Source: Octopus sinensis (Eukaryota). Taken from it: 64,000 nucleotides of DNA. This document shows, in pieces, positions 13,439 through 26,060 of this stretch (position 1 is its first letter; the number at the start of each line of letters is the position of its first letter). The DNA is taken from the NCBI RefSeq assembly GCF_006345805.1, contig NC_043009.1, positions 66,216,001-66,280,000 on the forward strand. Direction: 5' to 3'. A program made the position numbers and the translations under genes. Below the pieces are notes generated by a model. That model did no database searches. It saw only the letters and a list, made by a program, of their open reading frames with translations, and was not told the origin of the DNA.

Positions 13439-13659
13439 TGGAAGTCCACCTGAAGATGTCGATCAAGACAAGAAACGATTGTAGTGGCGGTTTCTTTGAC
13501 TATTTATTAAATTTATGTATTGATTAATCTTTCCTTGTTTGTTTTGCAAAATAGTGGTTTTGTCTCAAATAATATTTTATAATATTTTACTATAAAATTG
13601 GATTTAATCCTAATCATTTTTTTTTTTCCCTGTAAATTTGGATATATTCCCTAATATTT
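13439..13659 (+). mobile_element. Single-arm copy of the hammerhead-bearing family seen at 63086-63327
   Basis: Nearly identical to 63100-63320 apart from a few substitutions and short indels. Followed by (TA)n. Confidence 0.85.
13446..13487 (+). ncRNA. Type I hammerhead ribozyme motif
   Basis: ccac-CTGAAGA(13450-13456)-tgtc-gatcaa-gacaa-GAAAC-gatt-GTA(13481-13483)-gtgg. One T of stem II is deleted relative to the 63k copy. Confidence 0.65.
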
Positions 13660-13677
13660 TAGTATATATTTATATAT

Positions 13678-13734
<57 letters not shown>

Positions 13735-14734
13735 GTGTGTGTATGTCTGTGTGTATTTATAGTTTATAGTTGACAGTTCCGATATAGGTAGGATCAATAA
13801 AAAAAAGTACTCCATCCAGTGAGAGGTAAATACCATTAGACATACAAAATTTACAAAAAAGCTGATAGTTTAGTTCCATCCTTTAGAGATACATGGCATG
13901 CTATATAAATCTGTCAAATTATTATATCTACAAAGCATGAAACTATTAGGTTTTCTTTTTTTGCAAATTGAATATATTAAATAATATTTATCTCACTGGA
14001 TAGTGTACATTTTGCCGATCCTACCTGCAACGGTTACATACATAATATATACATACATACATACTTACATACATAATTACATACGTATGTATGTGTATAT
14101 GTGTGTGTGGATCTGTGTCAAAGAAAGACTATTTTGTTTACAATGCATGTATTTTTGAATAAATCATCAGAACTCACTTCTTTTAAACTCCACTCAGTTT
14201 GTGTATCATTTTGCTGATCTAACAACGAGAATCCTCCATTACTTCGACAACACCGATCTTGCGCTATTATTCTTTAGAATATATATTCTAACATGCATAT
14301 TTACGCGTTGGTGTTTATGTATACTCCCTGATATTGGTCTGAAGAAAAATATAATGAAAAAAAAAACATGTCGGCTGATTCTCCTACCTATCGTCTGCTT
14401 TACACAAAAAGGAACGATTTCTGCTAAATAAATGGAGAAATGTTAAAATGTCATGCGTGACCTGTGTGAATGCGATTGATATAAAGGCAGAAATGTTGTC
14501 TGTAAACTCAGAAAATGTTTCAATCGTAATTTTGTTAAAATTCTTTCATGTCCATCTTTCTCACGGCATGTGCAAACATACACACACACACACACACGAA
14601 CACGTAAGCACAAATCATATACATGCATATCATCGCACACACATTCACACACACATACATAGGTATATATAATGCATATATGTATATATACATATTATAT
14701 ATATATATATATGTATGTATGTATGTATGTATTA

Positions 14735-14811
<77 letters not shown>

Positions 14812-14819
14812 TATATATA

Positions 14820-14869
<50 letters not shown>

Positions 14870-15265
14870 TATATATGTATGTATATATGTATGTATATAT
14901 AAATATTTTCAGAATGAGATAAAATCCAAGGCTAGGAAAGAACATTTATAAATAGAAGGTCTTACAGCTGTTTCCGGGATATTTTATATATTCCTTCATC
15001 GGAAACGGCGTGAGAAAATGATTATGCAATAGTTATTCTAGATAAGATATGAAATAGAGAGTGAAGTGTAGGAATGAAAATAGACGTGAGATATGTAGGG
15101 ATATTGTATCTGTAGATCCATTATTTAGGCAGAATGGTTTACATATAAGATTCCAGTTCCTTGCGTGTAAGTTCCAATAGTACTGAAATAGTATTTTAAA
15201 TTGGTCATATATATGTATATATATATATATATATATATGCAGTGGTATGTATATATGTATGTATG

Positions 15266-15322
<57 letters not shown>

Positions 15323-15578
15323 GTGTGTGTGTGTGGTGTGTAGTTAATCCAAACATGAAAACAAAGAGAAAACACAACAACGCGAGGACGTGGAACAAGT
15401 ATAGTGTTATTGGACGCTCAGGAAAGGAAAGAAAGAAGGAGGATTTAACGTTTCGAGCGGAGCTCTTTGTCAGAAACATAGAAAAAGTAAAGATCCAAGG
15501 AAGGGAAGATGGAGAAAGAAAATCGCCAAAGATACACACGCGGTCACATGCACACACACACACACACATATATATATA

Positions 15579-15819
15579 TTCAGTTTTTTTTTAAACCCTG
15601 TAAAAGGACTGGAACGTTGGACCTCAAGCCAGGCCTCAATAGTCAAGATAAAACTCCGAGTTTCAGATGCTTTAGGTAAAAGGAAATACAGGAGGATCAG
15701 TTAATTATGATTTTATTCGACATATTCCCCTCTCAGATTCACACACTTACGGCAGTGATCTTTCAGTTTTTTTTTAAACCCTGTAAAAGGACTGGAACGT
15801 TAGACCTCAAGCCAGGCCT
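15579..15819. repeat. 58-bp direct repeat pair separated by 125 bp
   Basis: ttcagtttttttttaaaccctgtaaaaggactggaacgtt(g/a)gacctcaagccaggcct at 15579-15636 and 15762-15819, with one mismatch. Confidence 0.9.
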
Positions 15820-16774
15820 TTCGCCATACTCTTAAGGCCAGGAACTTTTCAGTGCCCCCTCATATGTATACATGTATGTATGTATGTATGTATGTATGTA
15901 TGTATGTATGTATGTATTTAGATATAACGCTATTCTTGCTGATATGAATAAAGATTGCAAAATACGCAGAAAAATACCGATGACTGCTTTGGTCTGACAT
16001 TTACAGGTAACTTGATTTCGTGTCCATCAGACAGCTTTCGACTATTTCGATTCAAGCAGTTTTTTTCAACCTAATATCTTCACTCTATTATTTATAGCTT
16101 TATATGATTCGAGATTCCCCTTTCCCCAAAGAATTATTTCAAGTTTTCAAAGTTTCTAAATTTTTATGTACATGCGTGTATGTTTGTGTGAATATACAGA
16201 TACACACACACACACACACACACACACAACACACACACACACACATTCTTACATATACATGTGTGTTTATATGTATGCATGCTTAATCACCACCATCCCA
16301 AATAATAACAGCACCATTACAACCATAGCCACCACCACTACCACCACCATCACAAAAGCATAATGCATATCAATCAGTCAGTCCATCGATCAATCGATTA
16401 ATGGATCAATATATTATGTATCAAACGAATGTGTGATAAATAGAGATAATTATCTGAGTAATCATAATGAACCTTTTACGTCATTGATTGTTTTAAATAG
16501 ATATAATTAATTGATTTTTTTCTCTCGTAACCACACAACCCATCATAAAAAATACATTTATCAACGATTCGTTCTCCGTGACCTCTGCCCCCCAAATGAA
16601 ATCTCAATTCAAACTATCGTAGCCTCTCCCTGAAGCTCGTGCATTAATTATAAGCTTGTAATAATAGGAAGCTGTTTCAGTTATTTAGTTCCAGAAATAC
16701 AGAATTAGAAAATACAGTTGGAGTTGCACTCACACCTACACATGAACGCACGTATATCTGTCTGTCTGTCTATC

Positions 16775-16856
16775 TATTTATCTATCTATCTATCTACCTA
16801 CCTACCTACCTACCTACCTACCTACCTACCTACCTATACCTATCTACTATCTACCC

Positions 16857-16896
<40 letters not shown>

Positions 16897-16940
16897 GTCT
16901 ATCGGTCTATATACCCACCTATCTATCTCTATCTATCTAC

Positions 16941-16975
<35 letters not shown>

Positions 16976-16978
16976 CAA

Positions 16979-17051
<73 letters not shown>

Positions 17052-17110
17052 ATCTCTATCTATCTATCTATCTATCTATCTGCTATCTATCTATCTTATC
17101 TATCTATCTT
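16775..17110. repeat. (TATC)n/(CTAC)n array
   Basis: Read directly. Confidence 0.95.
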
Positions 17111-17544
17111 CTACTATCTTTCTCTATCTTCCTGTCTGTCTATTTCCTCTCTGTTTTACGTATATATATACCTATATATATACATATATACCTATATATA
17201 CATACATACAATATATATATATATATATATATAATTTATATATATATATATATTATATATATATAAGTATTCTGCTTAAATAATGGATCTACAGATGCAA
17301 TATCTCTGTATATCTCAGTCTATTTTCATTCCTACACTTCACTCTCTATTTCATATCTTATCTAGAATAACTATTGCTTAACCATTTTCTCACACTGTCT
17401 CCGATTAAGGGATATATAAAATATCTCGAAACAGCTGTAAGACCTTCTATTTACAAATATTATAAAATCTTTCACAGCCTTGGATTTTTATCTCATTCTG
17501 AATTTTTTTTAAATACATACATGCATAATATATATATATATAAC

Positions 17545-17952
17545 GGCACAGGAGTGGCTGTGTGGTAAGTAGCTTGCTAACCAGCCACATGGTTCCGGGT
17601 TCAGTCCCACTGCGTGGCATCTTGGGCAAGTGTCTTCTGCTATAGCCCCGGGCTGACCAATGCCTTGTGAGTGGATTTGGTAGACGGAAACTGAAAGAAA
17701 CCCGTCGTATATATGTATATATATATGTATGTGTGTGTGTGTTTGTGTGCCTGTGTTTGTCCCCTAGCATTGCTTGACAACCGATGCTGGTGTGTTTACG
17801 TCCCCGTCACTTAGCGGTTCGGCAAAAGAGACCGATAGAATAAGTACTGGGCTTACAAAGAATAAGTCCCGGGGTCGATTTGCTCGACTAAAAGCGGTGC
17901 TCCAGCATGGCCGCAGTCAAATGACTGAAACAAGTAAAAGAGTAAAAGAGTT
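17545..17952 (+). mobile_element. Full-length CORE-type SINE, family B
   Basis: A-box tggctgtgtgg, B-box ggttcagtccc, CORE-like cttgggcaagtgtcttc, internal (TA)(TG) tract and a (GTAAAAGA)n tail. Confidence 0.92.
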
Positions 17953-17961
17953 AAAGATATA

Positions 17962-17999
<38 letters not shown>

Positions 18000-18354
18000 A
18001 GCGCGTGCAAGCCTCCGCACACACACACATACGCATGTATGTATGCATATATGTGTGTATATATGGAGCAAGACTAGGATATATAAGGAACTAGAAACGC
18101 TTTAACAATAGCAGAGATTGGAAAATTGTATTATTTTCGCAAATAGACACATTTCGGTAAGAAAGAGAGAGTAAAGGAGAGAGAGAGAGGGAGAGGGGAG
18201 AGGGAGAGAGAATGGTATGGAAGGTTTCCAAGTGTTTATTGAAGCAAATATTCCGTCCGTTTGTCTGGCACCCGATGTGAGCAAGAGAGAAACCATCGAA
18301 TAAACAAGAGAATCTAGAAGCACACAGTTTAAATCCGTAAATGGATACAAAAAT

Positions 18355-19040
18355 ACACACACACATGCATACATATATGTGTGTTTGTTAGTCAGTGTGT
18401 GTGCGTATGTGTGTGTCTGTGCATGCGTGTATGTGTTTGTGTGTGTGTATGTGTGTGTGTGCGTGAGTGCGTGTGTGTATGTGTACGTGTGTGTGTGTGT
18501 GTGCGTGAGTGCGTGTGTGTATGTGTACGTGTGTGTGTGTGTGTGTTTGTGTGTGTGTGTTTGTGTTTGTGTGTGTGTCTGTGCATGCGTGTGTGTTTGT
18601 GTTTGTGTGTATGTGTTTGCTTTTATGTGTTTGTGTGTGTGTTTATGTGTGTGCATGTATGAGTGTGTGTGTATGTGTTTGTGTGTGTATGCGTGTGTGT
18701 GTATGTGTGTGTGCGTGTGTGTATGTGTACGTGTGCGTATGTGTGTGAGTTTGTGTTTGTGCGTGTGTGTTTGTGTTTGTGCGTGTGTGTTTGTGTTTGT
18801 GCGTGTGTGTTTGTGTGTGTGTGTTTGTGTTTGTGTGTGTGTGTTTGTGTTTGTGTGTATGTGTTTGCTTTTATGTGTTTGTGTGTGTGTTTATGTGTGT
18901 GCATGTATGAGTGTGTGTGTGTCTGTGCATGCATGTATGTGTTTGTATTTGTGTGTATGTGTTTGGGTGTGTGTTTATGTGTGTGCATGTATGCGTGTGT
19001 GCATGTATACGCGGGTGTGTGTATGTGTGTGTGTGTGTGT
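18355..19040. repeat. Long complex (TG)-rich array with internal block duplications
   Basis: Read directly. The block gtttgcttttatgtgtttgtgtgtgtgtttatgtgtgtgcatgtatgag occurs twice. Confidence 0.9.
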
Positions 19041-19898
19041 ATTTCCGGAGTCGATGAAAATAAATAGAAATCAAATACCGCCATGAATCGAATCGGCCGC
19101 GCCCCTCGTTGTGCTAATGTTTATGAAGCGCTGGTTTTGGTTTTGGTATTGGCATAAATCAATAAACAGGTGAACAAATCTCCCTCAACAGACAAAAACC
19201 TTCTTTAGACATAAAAAGTCACTTCAAATAATGTAGTCCGGTGTATACTGTGTCGAGAGGAAAAGTCGAGATCGTCACGGTCGTAACGCCATTGATAAGT
19301 GATTCTGCTTGAGAAAGGTCGGCTTGAAATTAAACCACAGCAGCAACAACAACTACAGCAACCATCACCAGAACAACACAATAACAATCATTATTCCAAA
19401 CTTAATACTCTAACCCGTACGACTTAAGAATACATTTTCTGGAATTAATACGGGTGCTCCAGCATAGCCACTACCCAGTCACTGAAACCAATAAAAGACT
19501 AAAAGAGCAAAAGGAAATTATTGATGGAATATGTCCGTTTCTAATATCGGTCTAATTGAAAAAATCACTCAAGGGTGAATTTCATATTTCACTCCTAATG
19601 ATACGTATTTAATTTCTTAAGTGGTTCTTCTCTGCTTCTCAACTACTTTAATTGCATAACAGTGAAGAAGCAACAGCATCCGAGGAAACTCTGCAATGGT
19701 TTGCATCGGCAAATAGTAAGTACCAAAAATTGGCAGAGTGCAATGAAGAATTTTGCCATGAGGAAGGAGTGGCAAGAGTCTCACATTTGGGTCAGAACCC
19801 TTTCGTCGATGGATGGACCAAGGAACGGTCGCTAATAGGGTTGGTTGGCAGTAATGTGTGTATGTGTGTGTGTGTGTGTGTAAGAGAGAGATGATAGC

Positions 19899-19929
19899 AA
19901 TAATAATAATAATAATAATATAATAATAA

Positions 19930-19960
<31 letters not shown>

Positions 19961-19975
19961 AATAATAGTAATAAT
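19899..19975. repeat. (AAT)n array
   Basis: Read directly. Confidence 0.95.
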
Positions 19976-19976
19976 T

Positions 19977-20377
19977 AGTGCGACCATGAGATAGAGAATA
20001 GGAAGCCAGACATAGTCTTAATTGAGAAAGAAAGCAAACTATGCTGGATCATAGATATAGCATGCCCAGCTAACAACAAGGTATATGATAAGGAAGAAAG
20101 AAAAGTCGATAGATATGACAGGTTAGCTTGGGAGGTTAACCAGTTGCGGTCGATGAATAAGGTGGTAGTATTACCAATAATTGTCGGAGCCCTGGGAACA
20201 GTGAGCAAAAATTTTGAGAAGTAAAGGGAACAAATAGGGGTTGCAATAAGGGTGGAGCACTTGCAGAAAACATCACTGCTTGGAACTGCTGCAATACCCC
20301 GGAAGGTGCTCGAAAAATAAGAGGTGTTTCCTTAGTTCACTGGTAGTGAACAGCTGAACCGTAGTACATATCTAGCG
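19977..20377 (+). mobile_element. 5'-truncated R4/Dong-type non-LTR retrotransposon (restriction-like endonuclease C-terminus and 3' UTR)
   Basis: Translation CDHEIENRKPDIVLIEKESKLCWIIDIACPANNKVYDKEERKVDRYDRLAWEV...VVVLPIIVGALGTVSK...LQKTSLLGTAAIPRKVLEK* shows the PD..D nuclease signature. Starts directly after (AAT)n. Confidence 0.85.
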
Positions 20378-21952
20378 TACAATGGTTTCGCCATTGTAGT
20401 AGTTAATATAACCACCGTACAATTCCGAGATTGGCCTGTCGGGTTGAGCAAAGATCTTAGCCTCAATCCACGAAGAAATTAGTATATTTAGAGTCAACTG
20501 TATTACCCATAGCCTCACCAGTCGATTGCTCATATAATTCAACAGAGAAAAAGCATATAAAAACAAAGACGAGTTCAGATAAATAGAAACGGGTAGTGGT
20601 CCTTGTCTTCAGTAAAGGACGGGTTCTAAAAACTGTGGAAGGACTCGCCGTGGTGAGAGACGACCGAATATATGGAAAATAGGAGTTGTGAGGGTCCAAG
20701 AGAGAAAGAAAGAATTGAGAAGGCCAAGGACATGGTTTTTCTAATACGGGACCTACAAACAGCATCAGATGGCATGTGTTTATTAACTGGACAAGGGTTA
20801 AATAGAAATCTAGAGGCCAGGGACGATAAGGGTATCCTGAATGATTGAGTCTGCGCAGCTTGAGCAGTAAATAAGTAGATGTTGGAAGTATGCTTTTAAT
20901 GGGATTAGTCTGCGATGAGAGGGAGCTGTGCAAGAGGTAAGATTCCTAATGGCTCATGGGAAATGTTCGGTTTTTGACATATACGGGAGATCTTAGCTAG
21001 CTTAAGGTAAATGTTGTTATCGTGCTAATTAATTGTATAAACATTTAGTTCTATTTAATTGTCGAGTGACACCTACATCTTTTGTTTTTTTCAACAATAA
21101 CTTCCACGAAATTTACAATTCTCGAGTGAGCAGTTAAGAAAACATTTCACTGACACTGTCTATGAGCTTGTACGTGGAACTGTGTGTCTGCGTATGTGTG
21201 CGATACGTGGGAAAGAGTATGGCGTTTTGTGTAAATGTGTGAGTCCATGAGTGAGTGTGTGAGTTTGTGAAGGTGAACGTGTGAGTGTTTTTCATCTGTG
21301 TGTGTGTCTGTCTGTGTGTGTGCCTGTGTGCCTGTGTGTGTGTGTGTGTGTAACCCAAATTGTCTATTGTAAGTGATAATGAGAAAATGTAGAGTGATTG
21401 AGAAAGAAAGGAGGAGAGAATTAAAGACAATGAAAGGGAGGGGGAAGAAAGAAAGAAAGAATGAGAAAGTGAGCTAAATGAGATATACAGATAAAATGAG
21501 TGTATATGAGAGAGAGAGAGAGAGAAATAAAGAAAGAAGGCGGGAGGGAGAGAGAGAAAGAGAGTTAATTAAAAACGAAACTTGAAACACTTAAATGTGT
21601 TGGACACAGGAAATGTTCCATACTTTCAATTTCCAATTACCAAGAGAAAATTAATGGAAATATTACCATTGTCGCCAGAGACTGCTGGTGATATCTTTTG
21701 GATATCATGTTATTTATTATGTGTTTGTATCTACTCAGCTGTGTGTTTGTATAGTAATAGCCATGGGAATACGAAATAGAAGATATCATGTTAAATATAT
21801 ACTTACACGTATCTCTATATCTATAAATACATGCATGTATATATCTATAATATACGTATGTATACATATGTATACACAGACACACACAGACAACACACAC
21901 ACACATATATACATATATATATATGTTATATATATATGTATATATATATATG

Positions 21953-22002
<50 letters not shown>

Positions 22003-22440
22003 TACACACACACATACACACACACGCACACACATATATATATATATACATATATATATTTCTCTCTTCGGTCTCACTGTTTACATAGACGTATTCCTGT
22101 ACTAATAAAGTGTCTTGCTCAAGAACACAACCCACAGCCCGGTAGCAAGTGTGTTGATTTGAGATCACGTGCTGAAACTAAAGCAGCTGTAGCGTGGAAG
22201 ACACAATTTAGCCATTCAGAAATACACAGATCGTTAACATCACTTCCAATATAGTGACAACATTTTTTGCTGCCCGAAATTGAAACCCGTTAACCGATAA
22301 CAAGATTGTGCTGCACACATACTTGTCAGGTCTTAGTATGAAGGAACGATAATTTAAGCACGAAATTGCATATAAATTGAAGTTAACGGTTTTAGTGTGT
22401 TTCTGAATGGTTAAATTCTGTCTTCCACGCTGTAATTGGT

Positions 22441-22509
<69 letters not shown>

Positions 22510-22830
22510 ATTAATGAGATAAACGGAAGATGGGCGATACGAGAATCTTTATTGATCACTGCAATCGTTTCGACCCATCTAGTATCGATCCCTAGTGGGT
22601 GGGAGGCTGCACAACTGTTTTAGGTGTAGCCTTCGGTGTAGGTGTGTCTCCTCGGGGATCGATGCTAGATGAGTCGAAACGATTGTAGTGATCAATAAAG
22701 ATTCCCGTATCTTCAATCTTCCGTCTCTCTCATTAATCAAATACCCAAAGAACATTGCGCCAGCGAAGTGCTTTGCCGACAAACTACCTGGTGTATGCCA
22801 TACGATTTACTAACTACTAACTCTATAGGT
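22510..22830. mobile_element. Fold-back element: 83-bp inverted arms, the right arm extended; carries a 3' half-hammerhead
   Basis: Arms 22510-22592 and 22655-22737 are imperfect reverse complements. The right arm has GAAAC-gatt-GTA-gtg, identical to the 63k family. Flanked by (CA)n(TA)n and (TG)n. Confidence 0.7.
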
Positions 22831-22833
22831 GTG

Positions 22834-22889
<56 letters not shown>

Positions 22890-23049
22890 TGTGAGTTATC
22901 TATTGAAAAGATTAGTATTGACAGTAACTTCGTAGTTTCGGTCTACTAAACCATTATAACTTAAAGCAAGCATTAATGCGTATATATATATATACATACA
23001 TACATACATGCATACATATATATATATATGTATATATATATATAATATA

Positions 23050-23085
<36 letters not shown>

Positions 23086-23283
23086 TGTATGTATGTATGT
23101 ATGTATGTGTGTGTATGTGTGTATGTAAATACGTATGTTAAAACCAGAATACTAATGCGTTATAATTATGAATAAATATATGTATTGGGAAATTATTTAT
23201 GAGAATCATTTTAATGGAGTTATACATCGTCTGGTTGTGAAAATAGATTCACTGGATAAATCACAAGGTTCTCAAGATATTAA

Positions 23284-23683
23284 AGCGGCGAGCTGGCAGA
23301 AACGTCAGCACGCCGGGCGAAATGCTTAATGGTATTTCGTCTGTCTTTACGTTCTGAATTCAAATTCCACCGAGGTCGATTTTGCCTTTCATCCTTTCGG
23401 GGTCGATTAAATAAGTACCAGTTACGCACTGGGGTCGATATAATCGACTTAATCCGTTTGTCTGTCCTTGTTTGTCCCCTCTGTGTTTAGCCCCTTGTGG
23501 GTAGTAAAGAAATAGGTATTTCGTCTGCCGTTATGTTCTGAGTTCAAATTACGCCGAGGTCGACATTGACTTTCATCCTTTCGGGGTCGATAAATTAAGT
23601 ACCAGTTGCGTACTGGGGTCGATCTAATCGACTGGTCCCCTCCCCAAAATTTCGGACCTTGTGCCTAGAGTAGAAAAGAATAT
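23284..23683 (+). mobile_element. SINE family A dimer (head + A unit + B-tailed unit)
   Basis: The second unit starts at 23515 (ggtatttcgtctg) directly after aaagaaata and ends in the B tail cccctccccaaaatttcggaccttgtgcctagagtagaaaagaatat. Confidence 0.9.
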
Positions 23684-24029
23684 CTTAAAGAGAAGATCGA
23701 TCCAGCACAAGAGGCGTTTTCTTCGACCGACAAACTGCCACAGTTTGAAAAAATCGTGAACATACATATTGTAGACGTAAACACGTTTTGACATTTTGTA
23801 TACCGATATCTTGACGGTCAAGATTCAATTGATATAACACCAAACTGAACGCGATTATGAATTGATATTTAAGCTGATGTCTTAAAGAATCCCTATGATG
23901 CCTTACGTAAGTGTATTGATATATGTAACCGAAACATTACAAGAATTTTCTCTTACCAGTCTCATGCACTTTTGTACAACTTCATATAGCCTCTCACATC
24001 AACCATCTCCCTGAAGTAATGAGACCAAA

Positions 24030-24275
24030 GAAAGAGAGAAAGAAAGAAGTAAAGGAAAAAGAAAGAACGAAGGAGGAAGGAAAGAAAGAAAGAAGTTAGG
24101 AAAAAATGAAAGAAAAAGGGAGAAAGGAAGGAAGGAAGGAAGGAAGGAAAGGAAGACAGAGAGCAGTAAAGAAAAAGAAAGGAAAAAAAGGAGGTAGTAA
24201 AGAAAGAAAGAAAGAAAGAAAGAAAGAGAGGAAAAAGAAGGAGAGAAAGAAGTAAAGAAAAAAGGAAGAAAGAGT
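24030..24275. repeat. Purine-rich (GAAA)n/(GGAA)n tract
   Basis: Read directly. Confidence 0.9.
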
Positions 24276-25165
24276 CGTTTCTTTGGTATGTAGGCAAGTG
24301 TATCGCGTGGTTTGCATAATGTATCTCTGCCTAAAAATATTTTCTTCAACCAAGGGGCTTCTACAAAGTCATTCACCCAATCGGAAATGACAGCCGTCTT
24401 AATTCCAGTTTACATTTAGCTCAGAAGAGAAGGCCTTGGGAGTATCGTTCAGTTTCGTGCGATATGTTAAACCCTGTATTGAGTACACAGACCCTGTTTT
24501 TGAAGCTGGTTAATTTACATACGAGTGTTAAAACAGTTTTGTTCTTTATTAATCCACTTCCTTAAGTAGATTAATAAAGATTAAAGATAATCTGCTTTAA
24601 AAGTATATTAATTTGTAGCCATATCTTTACTTTCTTCAATAGACTCTAAACGAGATACTGTATATCTTTTAAGAATGTTAAATAAATTGTTTTTAAATAC
24701 ATTTATTAATTTGAACGTTAAATATATTCTTTCTTTAATTTTCATAGTTTAATAAACTATATATTTTCGGTAGATATTTAGGCTGTCTTGAAAACTGGAA
24801 AATCGAGGAATCAGGGCCACTTCCGATCTAAGTTTTGCTGGATATTTACTCCGGCACTGTATTACGTAAGCTACTGAAGGTGGTCGAGATGCAGACCGCA
24901 TGTTTAATAATCTTGTATTTAATATGATGATAAAAACGGAGCTCTTTTATAGAAACCCACTGGGGACAAGACTAAGAATATATTTATTAAACATATTGCA
25001 TATGACTTCTCCGCGTGTATGTGAGTGTGTGTGCGTGTGTGTGTGTGTGTATGTGGTGTGTGTGTGTGTCCGTCTGTCTGTCTGTCTGTTTGTTTGCCTT
25101 TGTGTACTGTACGTGCAGTATAAGAGATAGGTTGGTAGTTGTGAGGCATCAAGTTATTCGTAATA

Positions 25166-25497
25166 TGGCACTCCGTCGGTTGCGATGACGAGGGTTCCAG
25201 TTGATCCGATCAACGGAACAGCCTGCATGTGAAATTAAAACGTGCAAGCGGCTGAGCACTCCACAGACACGTGCACCCTTAATGCAATTCTCTGGGAGAT
25301 TTAACATGACACAGAGTGTAACAAGGCTGGTCCCTTTGAAATACAGGTACAACAGAAACAGGAAGAAAGAGCGAGGAAAAGTTGTGGCGAAAGAGTGCAG
25401 CAGGTTTCGCCACCCCACCATGCAGGAGCCTCGTGTAGCTTTAGGTGTTTTCACTCAATAAACACTCACAACGCCCAGTCTGGGAATCGAAACTGCG

Positions 25498-25500
<3 letters not shown>
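25166..25500 (-). mobile_element. SINE family C body and tail (head truncated)
   Basis: Minus strand gtttcgattccc...tttattgagtgaaaacacctaaagct matches the tRNA-headed copy at 42518-42666. Confidence 0.75.
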
Positions 25501-25529
<29 letters not shown>

Positions 25530-25532
<3 letters not shown>

Positions 25533-26060
25533 TTACAAAAATAAGGGCAAAAGAAAAATTCTAATGCCAAATATGCCGAAAAAAAGACAAAAATTGTCAA
25601 TAACCATTATAATTTATGCGTCTCGAAACAAACCGATGGAAATTTCTAAAAAATCCGTTATTACCGTATTGGTCCTAATTTCGGGGTTAATTCATAAGAA
25701 TTTTCCCCTCTTCAGCGACAAATACGCGAGATATAAGTGAAATACTTACTCATACCCATGGAAAAAAGCAAGTACTAAGTCCTGAGCAGACCTAAGTACC
25801 CCAAATATATCCAAAATAGAAAATCTTCGGCACGTCTCGAGACACGTGTGATTCGAACTAGAAACTTTCACAGAGTGAGAGAATCCGGAAGTGAGCACTA
25901 TTCAATTTATAACTAATGTAGGATAAAATATTTTTCGGGAAAAATTTTTTATTTTATCAATGGCCAGCATATCAAAAAAGAAGAGGGGAAAATTCTTATT
26001 TTTGATATGCTGGCCATTGATAACATTTTTTTCCCGAAAAAAATTTTATCCTACATTAGT

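Noticed and set aside
20400-20940. Possible PLE 3' region or 156-aa minus-strand ORF
   Set aside because: CTGAAGA and GAAAC lie on opposite strands, and I recognised no protein motif. It may be a repeat but I cannot classify it.
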